Below are positions 1 to 10,948 of a stretch of DNA of 64,000 nucleotides, piece after piece. The DNA lies in the NCBI GenBank assembly GCA_047284725.1, contig JBJBEO010000001.1, positions 1,688,203 to 1,752,202 on the forward strand, given 5' to 3'. Under the pieces are notes generated by a model. That model saw only the letters and a list, made by a program, of their open reading frames with translations. It was not told where the DNA came from and did not search any database. Every line of letters begins with the position of its first letter. The stretch's first letter is position 1. Position numbers and translations under genes: made by a program. The stretch is from Synechococcus sp. Its GTDB lineage: Bacteria > Cyanobacteriota > Cyanobacteriia > PCC-6307 > Cyanobiaceae.

Positions 1-1
1 G

Positions 2-493
2 ACTGAACTGCTCCGCCTTTGGCTTCCATTGCTGCTCACTCAGGTCAGCCCGGGGATGCGCCCTCAGCTGGTGGCCTTGCTCAGTCATGCCCTGCAGCGC
101 AGCGTCAAAGACGTGGTTTTGCCAGGCCCCCTGCGAGGCCTGGCCCCGATCCATCAAGCCGAACGAGATCTGTGCGACCAGCTCGCACGCAACATGGTGG
201 ATGCCCTGCTCGGGCTCTCCCGTTCAGCCGGAGATCGCCTGGGGAAGCGTGACATCGCCCTGGAAGATCTCTCGATCGAGGTGCTTGACCGATTCTGGGA
301 TGAACTGGCCCGCACCTTGGAACAGGGCCCGGTGCTGGAGCGCAGCCAGCAGCTCGTGGCTGCCTTTCTGGAGGAGCTGAAACGCAACAGCATTCACCAG
401 CTGAGAGACCAAGGCGGCGTGAACGATCTGATCACTGAACTCGACGGGCTCAGCTTCAGCGCTGCAGCGCCTCCATCCACTGATCCAGCTTGA
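2..493 (+). CDS. conserved hypothetical protein, 5'-truncated by the window edge
   Basis: Frame is open from the window edge to the stop at 493; helical Leu/Glu-rich sequence. Confidence 0.7.
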   Translation, partial: TELLRLWLPLLLTQVSPGMRPQLVALLSHALQRSVKDVVLPGPLRGLAPIHQAERDLCDQLARNMVDALLGLSRSAGDRLGKRDIALEDLSIEVLDRFWDELARTLEQGPVLERSQQLVAAFLEELKRNSIHQLRDQGGVNDLITELDGLSFSAAAPPSTDPA

Positions 494-827
494 AGCCCAC
501 AAGGAAGGAGCCATCGTGCAACGCGACAAAAGGTCGCTTGATCAACTTTCCATCGGCGGCCAATGCATCGAGGGCCTCATCGTCTGACATCGCCTTGACC
601 GTGGACGAGCCCAAGGCTCGATAGCTCTGACCGCTGGTGTTGAAGAGTGGTTGACGCCCCCCCAGGAAGGCCACCGCAGCCGAGAGCAGATCCCGGGAGG
701 GAGGGTTCTCAGTGATCTCAATGACGTCGTGAGGAACACCCTGCTGCTCCAGCCAAACCAAAGCTTTTCTGCAGGTGGAACAGCGGGCGTAACTCCAGAC
801 CCTGAGCGTCTCAGAGGACGAGGTCAC
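456..827 (-). CDS. Spx/MgsR/ArsC-family thioredoxin-fold protein
   Basis: CSTC motif, FNTSG, LIKRPF. Confidence 0.9.
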   Translation of the reverse strand: MTSSSETLRVWSYARCSTCRKALVWLEQQGVPHDVIEITENPPSRDLLSAAVAFLGGRQPLFNTSGQSYRALGSSTVKAMSDDEALDALAADGKLIKRPFVALHDGSFLVGFKLDQWMEALQR

Positions 828-1183
828 TTGCCAAGCAGATTCTTGACGGCACCGAGAAGGCTGTTCGAGCCCTTGCCGGCACCGTCAGAAGGACGGGTGC
901 GCACCGTGACGTCGCCGTTGACGCTGGTGCGGCAGCTGAGGCGATAGTTGGCGGGGCGATCGGCGAGATAAACCTCTTCGACGTCGCTGCGGGGAGACAG
1001 GTTCTGAGCACCCTCGACCACTTCCATCACACAGGTGCCGCATTGGCCGACACCACCGCAGTTATTGAGGTTGTTCAGACCTTTGTAAGGATTGATTCCT
1101 GCGTCGAGCGAGGCTTTGCGCAAATTGGCACCCTCGATGCAACCGACCTGCTGGCCTTCCTGCTCAAAACGGATGGTGGGCAC
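824..1183 (-). CDS. 2Fe-2S ferredoxin
   Basis: NCGGVGQCGTC...RLSC cysteine pattern. Confidence 0.92.
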   Translation of the reverse strand: MPTIRFEQEGQQVGCIEGANLRKASLDAGINPYKGLNNLNNCGGVGQCGTCVMEVVEGAQNLSPRSDVEEVYLADRPANYRLSCRTSVNGDVTVRTRPSDGAGKGSNSLLGAVKNLLGK

Positions 1184-1264
1184 GGGTCGTTCACATGCTG
1201 GGCGCGCACCAACTTACAAGCAACCGGGTCCGATCCAACGCAACTGCAACGAATTCGGAGGGAT

Positions 1265-1792
1265 TCATTGAGATGCCGCGGCCGCCTGCGCCGCGGCAAC
1301 ACAGGTTTCCAACAACGGATGCACGGCATCAGCATCGCGCCAGCCACCGATCGAAGTCACCCTGCCTTCGAGGTTCTTGTAGACGCGAAAGAACTCCGCC
1401 ACATCCTCCAGCTGATGCTCGGCGATCTGACGGATGCTTTCAATGCCCCTCTGCCTGGGATCTGCCACGGGAACACAAAGAATTTTGCCGTCGTAGTGGC
1501 CTGTGTCGTGCATATCGAGCACCCCGATCGGGCGAGCGATGATCAAGCAGCCGGCAAAGGTGGGCTCCTCCATGATCACCATGGCATCAAGGGCTGATCC
1601 GTCCTCGGCCAGGGTGTTGGGAATGAAGCCGTAATCAAACGGATAGCGCACGGACGAGTGCAGCACACGGTCGAGCGCCATCACGCCAGCCGGCGCGTAG
1701 TACTCGTATTTGTTTCGGCTACCGGCGGGTATCTCGACCACCAGGTTGACGAGACCGGGGGCGGGAGAGGGAGACAGAGAGCGAAGATCCAT
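1265..1792 (-). CDS. ppa: inorganic pyrophosphatase (copy 1)
   Basis: VEIPAGSRNKYEY, YPFDYGFIPNTLAEDGSALD. Confidence 0.92.
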   Translation of the reverse strand: MDLRSLSPSPAPGLVNLVVEIPAGSRNKYEYYAPAGVMALDRVLHSSVRYPFDYGFIPNTLAEDGSALDAMVIMEEPTFAGCLIIARPIGVLDMHDTGHYDGKILCVPVADPRQRGIESIRQIAEHQLEDVAEFFRVYKNLEGRVTSIGGWRDADAVHPLLETCVAAAQAAAASQ

Positions 1793-1994
1793 CTCGATCC
1801 TGCGCAATGGGGGCGGGAGTGGAAACAGACGGGCGATCGGTGAGCACAGCCGCCACAGGAAAGCCGAGGGTGGCCAGTGCGAGCGAGAAGCCGATCAGCA
1901 CGAGCGATGCTCCAGACAATTCGTGAGCTTCAGGCCCTGGAGGCTCGGGCTGAGCAGGTTCAGGATTTGAAGCGGGGGCAGGCTCGGGGTCCAT
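1719..1994 (-). CDS. Pro-rich single-TM hypothetical protein
   Basis: ORF with one hydrophobic helix; overlaps the ppa start. Confidence 0.5.
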   Translation of the reverse strand: MDPEPAPASNPEPAQPEPPGPEAHELSGASLVLIGFSLALATLGFPVAAVLTDRPSVSTPAPIAQDRDGSSLSVSLSRPRSRQPGGRDTRR

Positions 1995-2119
1995 GCAGGG
2001 GTGTTGAAGGACAACCCGCTCGTGGATCTGACGTGAACCAAACGAGCGAGCACCGATCAAGGCTGAAGCGTTGACCGGTCTTTGCATCATGCCACCGTTT
2101 CCGATGACGGTCAGACCAG

Positions 2120-2593
2120 TCAGGCGGCAGGCCTGTCCTGGCGCTCGCGACGGGCGGCGAGGTCAGACGGGTCAGCGGGAGACAACGGCAACCCGTCCAG
2201 CTGAGAACGAATCATGCGCAACTCTTCAAGAATGGCCATCAAGCACTGCTGCGTCGCCGTTGAGGGCGAATTGAGCACCTCAACGGTGACCTCCTTGATG
2301 CGCAGCACGTCCTTCGCAAAGCGCGCGACCTCATTGGGATGAAACAGCAGGGGATCCTTCTGGTCACTGCGGTATTCGGGATTGAGCTTGCGAGGGTTGA
2401 AGGGAGGGTTGAGGTTGCGGGGATCGGTGTTGGTGTAGCGGTAGACCGATGCCCTGGAACGATTCAGGGATTTCTGAACCTCTTCAATCCCGACAAGCGA
2501 TTCAGAACGCGCCATCACGGCATCCACTTCGGCAGCACTTTCGACGCGGGGAGCGGAGACCGAAAGCGAAGAATCAACCGAACGGGGATACAT
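2120..2593 (-). CDS. conserved cyanobacterial HTH-like protein (often labelled resolvase)
   Basis: LNRSRASVYRYTNTD...LNPEYR motif; start uncertain. Confidence 0.8.
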   Translation of the reverse strand: MYPRSVDSSLSVSAPRVESAAEVDAVMARSESLVGIEEVQKSLNRSRASVYRYTNTDPRNLNPPFNPRKLNPEYRSDQKDPLLFHPNEVARFAKDVLRIKEVTVEVLNSPSTATQQCLMAILEELRMIRSQLDGLPLSPADPSDLAARRERQDRPAA

Positions 2594-2751
2594 GAAAAAA
2601 GGCCAGATTGACTCTTTGTCTCGCGGAGATTAGCAGTTGAGACTCAAGTTGCAGCCTTGATCCAGCGCGAAGGTGACAGTTCAGGAATTGCCAGAAAAAC
2701 CTGGCGACAAGGCAGCGGTGATAGCTTCCCGCTTCATTGCTTTTCTCCCCC

Positions 2752-4554
2752 ATGCGCGTCTCCCGCCTGATGCTGGTGACGCTGCGGGATGTGCCCGCTG
2801 ATGCAGAGATTGCATCTCACCAGCTGCTGTTGCGCGGGGGGTACATCCGTCGCGTCGGTTCAGGGATCTACGCCTATCTGCCCTTGATGTGGAGAGTGCT
2901 GCGCAAAATCAGCACGATCGTCCAGCAGGAGATGGATGCCACCGGCGCCCTTGAAACCCTGCTGCCGCAACTGCAGCCGGCTGAACTTTGGCAGCTCAGT
3001 GGTCGCTGGCAGGGCTACACGGCGGGTGAGGGAATCATGTTTCACCTCGAAGATCGCCAGGGGCGCGAGGTTGGCCTCGGCCCCACCCATGAGGAAGTCG
3101 TCACCTCCCTGGCGGGCGACCTGCTGCGCTCCTACCGACAGCTGCCGGTGGCGCTGTATCAGATCCAGAGCAAGTTCAGAGATGAGATCCGGCCGCGGTT
3201 CGGCCTGATGCGGGGACGGGAATTCATCATGAAAGACGGCTATTCCTTCCACGCCGACGAGGCCGACCTGCGCCGCTGTTATGGCGAGATGGATCAGGCC
3301 TACAAACGCATCTTCGCGCGTTGTGGCCTTCAGGCTGTCGCCGTGGAGGCTGACAGCGGAGCCATCGGCGGCGCTGCCTCCCAGGAATTCATGGTGACCG
3401 CCGAAGCGGGCGAGGACCTCATCCTCACCAGCGATGACGGGCGTTATGCCGCCAACCTCGAGAAAGCGGTTTCGATCCCCTCGGACGCGACGCCACTGCC
3501 TGCAGGAGAGGCGCAGGTGATCGACACCCCTGGTCAGGCCAGCATTGAAGACCTGTGTTCTGCCCAGAACCTCGACGCCACCCAGGTGGTGAAGGTGCTT
3601 GCACTGCTGGCAAGGCTGGAATCGGGGCAACAGCAACCTGTCCTTGTCTCTCTGCGCGGCGATCAGGAGCTCAACGAAGTGAAACTCGTCAATGCGATCA
3701 GCGCCACCCTCAACGAGGGCGTTCTGGATGTCACCCCCTTCAGTGCCGACCAGGTGAGCAACCAGGGACTGGAGGCCTGGCCCTTCGGCGCCCTTGGCCC
3801 CGATCTCCCCGACAGATGCCTGAAGGGTGCCAGATCCTGGGAAGAGACCTTCCTGCGCCTTGCCGATCCAACCGCCCTGCGCCTGGATCGCTTCGTCTGC
3901 GGTGCCAACACGGCTGACCAGCACCGCTGGGGCAGCAGCTGGTCAGACATGGCCTGCACCCCTCAGGAGGTCGACCTCCGCAATGCCCAGGCCGGGGATC
4001 GCTGCCTCCAGGATCCGGGTCAAACCCTGCGCGCCCGCCGCGGCATCGAAGTGGGTCACATCTTTCAGCTCGGGCGCAAATACTCCAGGGCCATGGACGC
4101 CACCTTCACCACCGCCGAAGGAGCCCAGGAACCCTTCTGGATGGGTTGCTACGGCATCGGGGTGTCACGTTTGGCGCAGGCTGCCGTGGAACAGCATCAC
4201 GATCAGGCAGGCATCTGCTGGCCCCTGGCGATCGCACCCTTTGAAGCCATCGTCGTTGTCGCCAACATGAACGATGAGACCCAGCAGCAGCTGGGGGAGC
4301 AGCTGTACAACACACTGCGAGCCAACGGCATCGATGCCCTCCTCGACGACCGCAGCGAGCGAGCGGGCGTGAAGTTCAAGGATGCCGACCTCATCGGAAT
4401 CCCCTGGCGTGTGGTGGTGGGTCGCGACGCCGCCAGCGGTCAGGTTGAACTGGTGGAGCGGGCAACCCGAGAGAGTCGGGTTCTACCCCACGCCGAAGCC
4501 ATCGCGATTCTTCAGAAGGCAATCCCCAGCGGCACCACCCCTACAGTCATCTGA
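2752..4554 (+). CDS. proS: proline--tRNA ligase
   Basis: LGPTHEE, FRDEIRPRFGLMRGREF, GIEVGHIFQLG, MGCYGIG. Confidence 0.98.
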   Translation: MRVSRLMLVTLRDVPADAEIASHQLLLRGGYIRRVGSGIYAYLPLMWRVLRKISTIVQQEMDATGALETLLPQLQPAELWQLSGRWQGYTAGEGIMFHLEDRQGREVGLGPTHEEVVTSLAGDLLRSYRQLPVALYQIQSKFRDEIRPRFGLMRGREFIMKDGYSFHADEADLRRCYGEMDQAYKRIFARCGLQAVAVEADSGAIGGAASQEFMVTAEAGEDLILTSDDGRYAANLEKAVSIPSDATPLPAGEAQVIDTPGQASIEDLCSAQNLDATQVVKVLALLARLESGQQQPVLVSLRGDQELNEVKLVNAISATLNEGVLDVTPFSADQVSNQGLEAWPFGALGPDLPDRCLKGARSWEETFLRLADPTALRLDRFVCGANTADQHRWGSSWSDMACTPQEVDLRNAQAGDRCLQDPGQTLRARRGIEVGHIFQLGRKYSRAMDATFTTAEGAQEPFWMGCYGIGVSRLAQAAVEQHHDQAGICWPLAIAPFEAIVVVANMNDETQQQLGEQLYNTLRANGIDALLDDRSERAGVKFKDADLIGIPWRVVVGRDAASGQVELVERATRESRVLPHAEAIAILQKAIPSGTTPTVI

Positions 4555-4571
4555 CAAGCGACCCGTGGTTC

Positions 4572-4997
4572 ATGCTCTCCGCCCTCCATCGTCTGACCAG
4601 GCAATTGATGAGCGTCACCCTGGCGGTGTGCCTTGGCCTCTGCCTGATGCTCTCCGCCTGTTCCGGGGCCGGAGCCTCCACCCTCACGGGTGATTACGTC
4701 GAAGACACTGTGGCCGTTGTGCACACCCTCCAATCAACGATTGCCCTGGAAGCAGACGATGAAGGCCGCGCCGAAGCGGAAACAGCAGCCACCGAGCTGA
4801 TCAACGACTACATGTCGCGCTACCGCCCTCGCCCGCAGGTGAATGGACTCAGCTCCTTCACAACGATGCAAACCGCCTTGAATTCCTTGGCCGGTCATTA
4901 CAAGACCTATGCCAACCGCCCGTTGCCGGACGCGCTGCGCAGCCGCGTGACCAAGGAACTGGGCAAGGCGGAGAAAGCCGTCGTCCGTGGAAGCTGA
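4572..4997 (+). CDS. psb27: photosystem II assembly lipoprotein Psb27
   Basis: Lipobox LSAC, SFTTMQTALNSLAGHY. Confidence 0.95.
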   Translation: MLSALHRLTRQLMSVTLAVCLGLCLMLSACSGAGASTLTGDYVEDTVAVVHTLQSTIALEADDEGRAEAETAATELINDYMSRYRPRPQVNGLSSFTTMQTALNSLAGHYKTYANRPLPDALRSRVTKELGKAEKAVVRGS

Positions 4998-5111
4998 ACC
5001 TCCTTTGATTCGCATGATTCGCAACGATTCCCCCTGGCCTTTTGACCGAAGGCAGGGGGAGCTGCGAAAATCATTGATTGTGCAGATTGGCGGCTTCGGG
5101 CCGCAGTGTCT

Positions 5112-6425
5112 TTGGCCAACGTTGTCGTCATCGGTGCGCAGTGGGGTGACGAGGGAAAAGGAAAGATCACGGATCTCCTCAGCCGCTCAGCTGATGTGGT
5201 GGTGCGCTACCAGGGCGGTGTCAATGCTGGTCACACGATCGTCGTTGACGATCAGGTGCTCAAGCTCCACCTGATTCCGTCTGGAATTCTGTATGCGGAC
5301 ACCGACTGCCTGATCGGGTCCGGCACGGTCGTGGACCCCAAGGTGATGCTTGGAGAACTCGACATGCTGATCGAGAACGGCATTGACATCTCCGGACTGA
5401 AGCTGTCGTCGACAGCCCACGTGACCATGCCCTACCACCGCCTTCTGGATGAGGCGATGGAGAAACAACGGGGTGACCGCAAGATCGGCACCACGGGCCG
5501 CGGCATTGGTCCTACCTATGCCGACAAGTCACAACGCAGTGGCATCCGGGTGATCGACCTGCTGGATGAAGATCGACTGCGGGATCGCCTGGATGGTCCA
5601 CTCAAGGAAAAGAACCAGCTTCTGCAAACCATCTACGGCGTTGAGCCCCTCAATGCCGAAGAGGTGATCACCGAATATCTTGCCTACGGCATCCGCCTCG
5701 CTCCCCACGTGGTGGATTGCACCCGTGAGATTCATCTGGCAGCCCGCAACAGGAAAAACATCCTGTTTGAGGGTGCCCAGGGCACCCTGCTCGACCTCGA
5801 CCACGGCACCTATCCTTACGTCACATCGTCCAACCCCATCTCGGGCGGAGCCTGCATCGGTGCTGGCGTAGGTCCCACCCTGATTGACAGGGTGATTGGC
5901 GTCGCCAAGGCCTACACCACCCGTGTCGGCGAAGGACCGTTCCCCACCGAACTCGAGGGCAGCCTCAACGACCACCTCTGCGATCGTGGCGGTGAATTCG
6001 GCACCACCACCGGACGCCGCCGCCGCTGTGGTTGGTTCGATGGCGTCATTGGCCGCTACGCGGTGGGCGTCAACGGTCTCGATTGCCTGGCCATCACCAA
6101 GCTCGATGTGCTCGACGAACTCGATGAGCTGCAGGTGTGTGTGGCCTACGACCTCGACGGTGAACGGATCGAGCATTTCCCCTCCTGTGCCGAGGAATTC
6201 GCCCGCTGCAAACCCATTTTCGAGACCCTCCCCGGTTGGCAGTGCTCCACCGAGGAATGCCGCACCCTTGAGGATCTTCCAGAGAAAGCCATGGCCTATC
6301 TGCGCTTCCTTGCCGACCTGATGGAGGTGCCGATCGCCATCGTGTCGCTCGGTGCTGGCCGCGACCAAACGATCGTGGTGGAAGATCCGATCCATGGTCC
6401 CAAGCGGGCGCTGCTCAGCGCCTGA
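5112..6425 (+). CDS. purA: adenylosuccinate synthetase
   Basis: [34 protein letters not shown]. Confidence 0.98.
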   Translation: MANVVVIGAQWGDEGKGKITDLLSRSADVVVRYQGGVNAGHTIVVDDQVLKLHLIPSGILYADTDCLIGSGTVVDPKVMLGELDMLIENGIDISGLKLSSTAHVTMPYHRLLDEAMEKQRGDRKIGTTGRGIGPTYADKSQRSGIRVIDLLDEDRLRDRLDGPLKEKNQLLQTIYGVEPLNAEEVITEYLAYGIRLAPHVVDCTREIHLAARNRKNILFEGAQGTLLDLDHGTYPYVTSSNPISGGACIGAGVGPTLIDRVIGVAKAYTTRVGEGPFPTELEGSLNDHLCDRGGEFGTTTGRRRRCGWFDGVIGRYAVGVNGLDCLAITKLDVLDELDELQVCVAYDLDGERIEHFPSCAEEFARCKPIFETLPGWQCSTEECRTLEDLPEKAMAYLRFLADLMEVPIAIVSLGAGRDQTIVVEDPIHGPKRALLSA

Positions 6426-6484
6426 TCACAAGGCTGCGAGTCAAGGGGTGATACTGCGGAACGCATGCCGCGCCGTCATCCCTG

Positions 6485-7495
6485 ATGAGTTCATCCCGCT
6501 TCAACCAATCCGCCGTGCTTGATGTCGTGGGCATCGGCAACGCGATCGTGGATGTACTCGTGCAGACAGAGGACTCCTTCCTCACCCAGCATGGCCTTCA
6601 GAAGGGCGGCATGGCTCTGATCGATGAGGGCCAGGCAGAAGCCCTGTATCAAGCCAGCGGCCCCGGCCTGGAAACCTCCGGCGGATCCGTGGCCAACACC
6701 ATGGTGGGCATCGCCCAGCTGGGTGGCCGTACAGGATTCATCGGTCGCGTCCGGGACGACCAGCTGGGGACGATCTTCAGCCACGACATCCGCGCCGTCG
6801 GCGCCCGCTTTGAAACGCCCGCGGCCACCAGCGGTGCCACCACGGCGCGCTGTCTGATCTATGTGACCCCGGACGCTGAACGCACGATGTGCACCTTTCT
6901 CGGGGCATCCACACAGCTGGAGCCGGAGGATCTGGATCTGTCGATGGTGAAACAGACCAAGGTGCTGTATCTGGAGGGGTACCTCTGGGATAGCCCTGCG
7001 GCCAAGCGCGCCTTCATCGCCGGAGCAATGGCCTGCCGGGCAGCCGGCGGCAAGGTCGCCCTCTCACTGTCCGACGGCTTCTGCGTGGACCGCCACCGCG
7101 AGAGCTTTCTGGAGCTGGTGGATGGTCATGTGGACGTGCTGTTTGCCAATGAGGCTGAAATCAAGTCGCTCTATGAGAGCGAAGACTTCAACACGGCACT
7201 GGACAAGGTACGTGGCTGCTGCGAGGTGACGGCCATCACGCGTTCCTCAGCGGGATCGGTGGTGCTCAGCGGCAATCAGCGCTGGGACATCGGCATCTTC
7301 AGCCTTGGCGATCTGGTCGACACCACAGGGGCCGGCGATCTCTATGCGGGTGGTTTCCTGCACGCCTACACGCAAGGGGAGTCGCTGGAACGCTGCGGGC
7401 AGCTCGGTGCCCTCTGTGCCGGTCAGATTGTCACCCAGCTCGGGGCTCGCTCCCAGGTGAATCTCAAGGAGTTGATGGGCCAGCACCTCAACTGA
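6485..7495 (+). CDS. PfkB-family carbohydrate/adenosine kinase
   Basis: GGSVANT, DTTGAGDLYAGGF. Confidence 0.92.
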   Translation: MSSSRFNQSAVLDVVGIGNAIVDVLVQTEDSFLTQHGLQKGGMALIDEGQAEALYQASGPGLETSGGSVANTMVGIAQLGGRTGFIGRVRDDQLGTIFSHDIRAVGARFETPAATSGATTARCLIYVTPDAERTMCTFLGASTQLEPEDLDLSMVKQTKVLYLEGYLWDSPAAKRAFIAGAMACRAAGGKVALSLSDGFCVDRHRESFLELVDGHVDVLFANEAEIKSLYESEDFNTALDKVRGCCEVTAITRSSAGSVVLSGNQRWDIGIFSLGDLVDTTGAGDLYAGGFLHAYTQGESLERCGQLGALCAGQIVTQLGARSQVNLKELMGQHLN

Positions 7496-7877
7496 GGGGA
7501 GGCGTCACCAGGGTGACTGCATCGGTCGCCCAGGTGCCGTAGGCCTCCGATGCCCGGACATGCCAATGGAGGAACTGCGGTGTGTCGTAGCTGTGCAGGC
7601 TGAGCAGGGTCTGCTCCAGCAACGGCCAAGCCTCGGGTGTGGTTTTGATCAACAGCTGCACCTCCTCGGCACACTCAAGCCGGCCCTGCCAGCGGTAGGT
7701 CGACCGCACCGGCATCTGGCTGACGCATGCCGCCAGCTCCTGCTCCACCAAGGCTCGTGCCAGGGCATCAGCGCGCTTCGCGTCCGCTTCCGTGGTGAGG
7801 ACGAGCACCAGGTCGGAGTCCGGCGGCGGAGGGTTGACGCTCGTGCGTGCATGATCGCCGTTGGCGCAGGTGTTCAT
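7488..7877 (-). CDS. cutA: divalent cation tolerance protein CutA
   Basis: LAACV, STYRWQG, LLIKT, HSYDTP; start uncertain. Confidence 0.9.
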   Translation of the reverse strand: MNTCANGDHARTSVNPPPPDSDLVLVLTTEADAKRADALARALVEQELAACVSQMPVRSTYRWQGRLECAEEVQLLIKTTPEAWPLLEQTLLSLHSYDTPQFLHWHVRASEAYGTWATDAVTLVTPPLS

Positions 7878-7903
7878 AGGAGCCCATCGCGAAGGCCAGC
7901 AGT

Positions 7904-8701
7904 TCAGGCAAGGGGAGGCTTGGTCACCCGTGCCAGCAGGTCCTCCACGCTATGCACCAGAGCGAGTGATGGCGGAGGATTCGGGCGGCGTAGCAACCAC
8001 AGGGGAAGCGACAACTGGCTGGAGACCTGATGCCAGCAGCGCTCTGTCACCCCTCCCGACTGGCGACACAACACAGCCTGAATCGACCAGTGGCGGCAAA
8101 GGGCCTGTTCCAGGGCGCCTGTCTGGGTCGCCTGGCCTGGATGGATCAGGGCCAGATGGGCATCGGGCAAACCGGCAGCCACCGCTTGACGCAGCGCCTG
8201 GGGCGTGGGCAGCACCCGCGCGTAAAGCTCAGCACCAGCAGCCCGCAGGGGCGGCACCAGCTGGCTGAGATAACGGGCACCCACAGCCAACAGCAGGCGC
8301 TTCCCCCGCAGGGCTTCCGGCGGAACCTCCGCCACACTCTCCACCACACAGCTGTCAGCGGAGGGTTCAAGCAACCGCTCAAAGCGCAGCAACGGACAGC
8401 CCGACCGCTGCGAAGCCTGCTGCAGATGGGCTGTGATCTGCGTCGCAAACGGATGCGTTGCATCAACGAGCTGGTCGATGCCGGCGCGTTGCAAACGCGA
8501 GCAGATCGCCACGGGGCCTGCCAGCGGCCCCACCCAGAGATTGGACAGTGGCAGCGAGCGGTACACCCGCCCGGCACTCTCCGTCACCACACTGACGCTC
8601 ACACGCATCTGCCGCTGCAGCAAGGCGGACGCGATCACCGGCCCCTCACCGGTTCCTGCCAGCAGCCACACATGAGCCTGGCGATTCAGCGGCTTGTGCA
8701 T
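7904..8701 (-). CDS. cobK: precorrin-6A/cobalt-precorrin-6A reductase
   Basis: LLAGTGEG, VDATHPFA, CRQSGG. Confidence 0.9.
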   Translation of the reverse strand: MHKPLNRQAHVWLLAGTGEGPVIASALLQRQMRVSVSVVTESAGRVYRSLPLSNLWVGPLAGPVAICSRLQRAGIDQLVDATHPFATQITAHLQQASQRSGCPLLRFERLLEPSADSCVVESVAEVPPEALRGKRLLLAVGARYLSQLVPPLRAAGAELYARVLPTPQALRQAVAAGLPDAHLALIHPGQATQTGALEQALCRHWSIQAVLCRQSGGVTERCWHQVSSQLSLPLWLLRRPNPPPSLALVHSVEDLLARVTKPPLA

Positions 8702-8735
8702 CAGGATGACCTCTCCTTCAACGCATCGGACGGCG

Positions 8736-9200
8736 ATGAATCACTGCGTGCTCGAAGTGGAGGTGATGCAGGCACCCACCCTTCGCTACACCCAGGACAA
8801 CCAAACCCCGATCGCTGAAATGGATGTGCGATTCGACGGCTTGCGGGTTGACGACGCTCCTGGGCAGCTGAAAGTGGTGGGTTGGGGCAACCTGGCCCAG
8901 GATCTGCAGAACCGTGTGCAGGTCGGCCAGCGGCTGCTGATCGAAGGGCGCCTGCGCATGAACACTGTTCCGCGTCAGGACGGCACCAAGGAGAAACGGG
9001 CCGAATTCACACTCTCGCGTCTTCATCCTGTGGGCGGTGGTGCTGCTGCCCCTCAACCGAGCGGCAGCACACCGGCTCCCGTGCGCAAGGCGGCCCCACC
9101 GGCGGCTGCAGCCGCCCCGACTCCCCCCCCGTCCGAGCCCAGTGCTGCTCAATGGAACAGCGCACCACTGGTGCCCGACACCGACGACATCCCCTTCTGA
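8736..9200 (+). CDS. ssb: single-stranded DNA-binding protein
   Basis: OB fold, IEGRL, acidic DDIPF tail. Confidence 0.93.
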   Translation: MNHCVLEVEVMQAPTLRYTQDNQTPIAEMDVRFDGLRVDDAPGQLKVVGWGNLAQDLQNRVQVGQRLLIEGRLRMNTVPRQDGTKEKRAEFTLSRLHPVGGGAAAPQPSGSTPAPVRKAAPPAAAAAPTPPPSEPSAAQWNSAPLVPDTDDIPF

Positions 9201-9207
9201 TCTCAGC

Positions 9208-9447
9208 TCAGCCGCGCCGGTCATCACGCTCTAGACGTTCGCCGGCGCCCACCAGCAGCTGACCCAGTTCGCGTTCCAGTGCCGCGAGGTCGAGGCGCAG
9301 CTCCGGCCAACGCCCCCGATCGATCTGTTCCAGCAGCCAGGCACGATCCTGATCGAGATCCCTGATCAGACTGGCCAGATCCGGTTGGGCCGTCCCGCTG
9401 GTGAATTCACGTTCCATCTGAACTGGCATCTCCGACGATGTCTCCAT
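9208..9447 (-). CDS. conserved hypothetical protein
   Basis: LDQDRAWLLEQIDRGRWPELRLDLAALERELG; start uncertain. Confidence 0.65.
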   Translation of the reverse strand: METSSEMPVQMEREFTSGTAQPDLASLIRDLDQDRAWLLEQIDRGRWPELRLDLAALERELGQLLVGAGERLERDDRRG

Positions 9448-9505
9448 TCTCAATGGTGCAGTCCATGCATCGCGGTTGTGCAAGGGGTGCAGCAGAGTGA
9501 TTGCC

Positions 9506-10072
9506 ATGAAAGATCTGCTCTCTCCTGGAAATCTGATCACCGTCGCCGGCGGTGTTCTCACCGTGGTCGGTGCGATTGCCTACGGCACCGGTAACGCCAA
9601 TCTCAGCCTGCCGACGATCTTCTACGGCATTCCAATCCTGCTGGGAGGCCTGGCCCTGAAGTCATCGGAACTGCCTCCAGCGCTTCGCCTCACGCCTGCA
9701 TCGACCTTCAAGGCTGAACGGGAAGCAGCGCCCGAAGAACTCGGCAAGCTGCTGGCCGACGTCACCCGCTGGCGCTACGGCCAGAAAGCACACCTGGAGT
9801 CGTCCCTGGAAGCCCTCAAGCTCTGGGACGAGGACACCCCGTCCCAGCTGACGGAAATCGAAGAAGTGAATGGTGCCGAAGGCTACGGCCTTCGCCTGCG
9901 TTTCAGCCTGGGGGCCGTGAGCCTGCAACGCTGGCAGGAGAAGGAAGAGCGGCTTGGACGCTTTTTCGCCAAGGGGTTACGGGCGAAGCTCACCGAAATC
10001 GACCCGGAGCACATCGATCTCCATCTGCTCCAAGCCGCTGTGCCGGCCACAGGTCAGCATGGGGAGCAGTGA
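9506..10072 (+). CDS. DUF2854-type membrane protein
   Basis: Two N-terminal TM helices, DVTRWRYGQKAHLE. Confidence 0.85.
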   Translation: MKDLLSPGNLITVAGGVLTVVGAIAYGTGNANLSLPTIFYGIPILLGGLALKSSELPPALRLTPASTFKAEREAAPEELGKLLADVTRWRYGQKAHLESSLEALKLWDEDTPSQLTEIEEVNGAEGYGLRLRFSLGAVSLQRWQEKEERLGRFFAKGLRAKLTEIDPEHIDLHLLQAAVPATGQHGEQ

Positions 10073-10081
10073 ACGCAGGCG

Positions 10082-10945
10082 ATGGCTAGCGACGACGCTC
10101 TGAGGGTTTCCGTTCTTAGCGAGGCCCTTCCCTACATCCAGCGCTTCGCCGGCAGGCGCATCGTCGTGAAGTACGGCGGTGCAGCCATGGTTCATGCTGA
10201 GCTGCGCCAAGCGGTCTTTCGCGACCTCGCTCTGCTCACCAGCGTTGGCGTGCAGCCAGTGGTGGTGCACGGGGGCGGCCCTGAAATCAACACGTGGCTG
10301 AAACGACTCGCGATCCCTGCCGAATTCCGTGACGGCCTGCGGGTCACCGATCCCGACACCATGGACGTGGTGGAGATGGTGCTGGTGGGACGGGTGAACA
10401 AACAGATCGTCAACGGCCTCAACAAACTCGGTGCGAGGGCCGTGGGCCTCAGCGGCAGCGACGGAATGCTGGTGGAAGCTCGCCCCTGGGGCGACGGAAG
10501 CCATGGCCTGGTGGGCGACGTCTCCAGGGTCAATCCGGATGTGCTGGAACCCCTGCTGGAGAAGGGATACGTGCCGGTGATCTCAAGCGTGGCTGCCACC
10601 CGCGACGGCACGGCCCACAACATCAATGCCGACACGGTGGCCGGTGAACTCGCCGCGGCTCTGGAGGCGGAAAAACTGATCCTGCTCACCGACACGCCTG
10701 GGATCCTGCGCGACCGCGACGACCCTGAGTCCCTGATCCATCAGCTGCGTCTGTCGGAAGCCCGCCAGCTGATCGCCGATGGCATCGTGGCCGGGGGGAT
10801 GACACCGAAGACCGAATGCTGCATCCGTGCCTTGGCCCAGGGTGTGTCCGCCGCCCACATCCTCGATGGGCGGGTGCCCCATGCCCTGCTGCTGGAAGTG
10901 TTCACCGACGCGGGCATCGGCACCATGGTGATGGGACGCGGTTGA
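10082..10945 (+). CDS. argB: acetylglutamate kinase
   Basis: [31 protein letters not shown]. Confidence 0.97.
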   Translation: MASDDALRVSVLSEALPYIQRFAGRRIVVKYGGAAMVHAELRQAVFRDLALLTSVGVQPVVVHGGGPEINTWLKRLAIPAEFRDGLRVTDPDTMDVVEMVLVGRVNKQIVNGLNKLGARAVGLSGSDGMLVEARPWGDGSHGLVGDVSRVNPDVLEPLLEKGYVPVISSVAATRDGTAHNINADTVAGELAAALEAEKLILLTDTPGILRDRDDPESLIHQLRLSEARQLIADGIVAGGMTPKTECCIRALAQGVSAAHILDGRVPHALLLEVFTDAGIGTMVMGRG

Positions 10946-10948
10946 TCG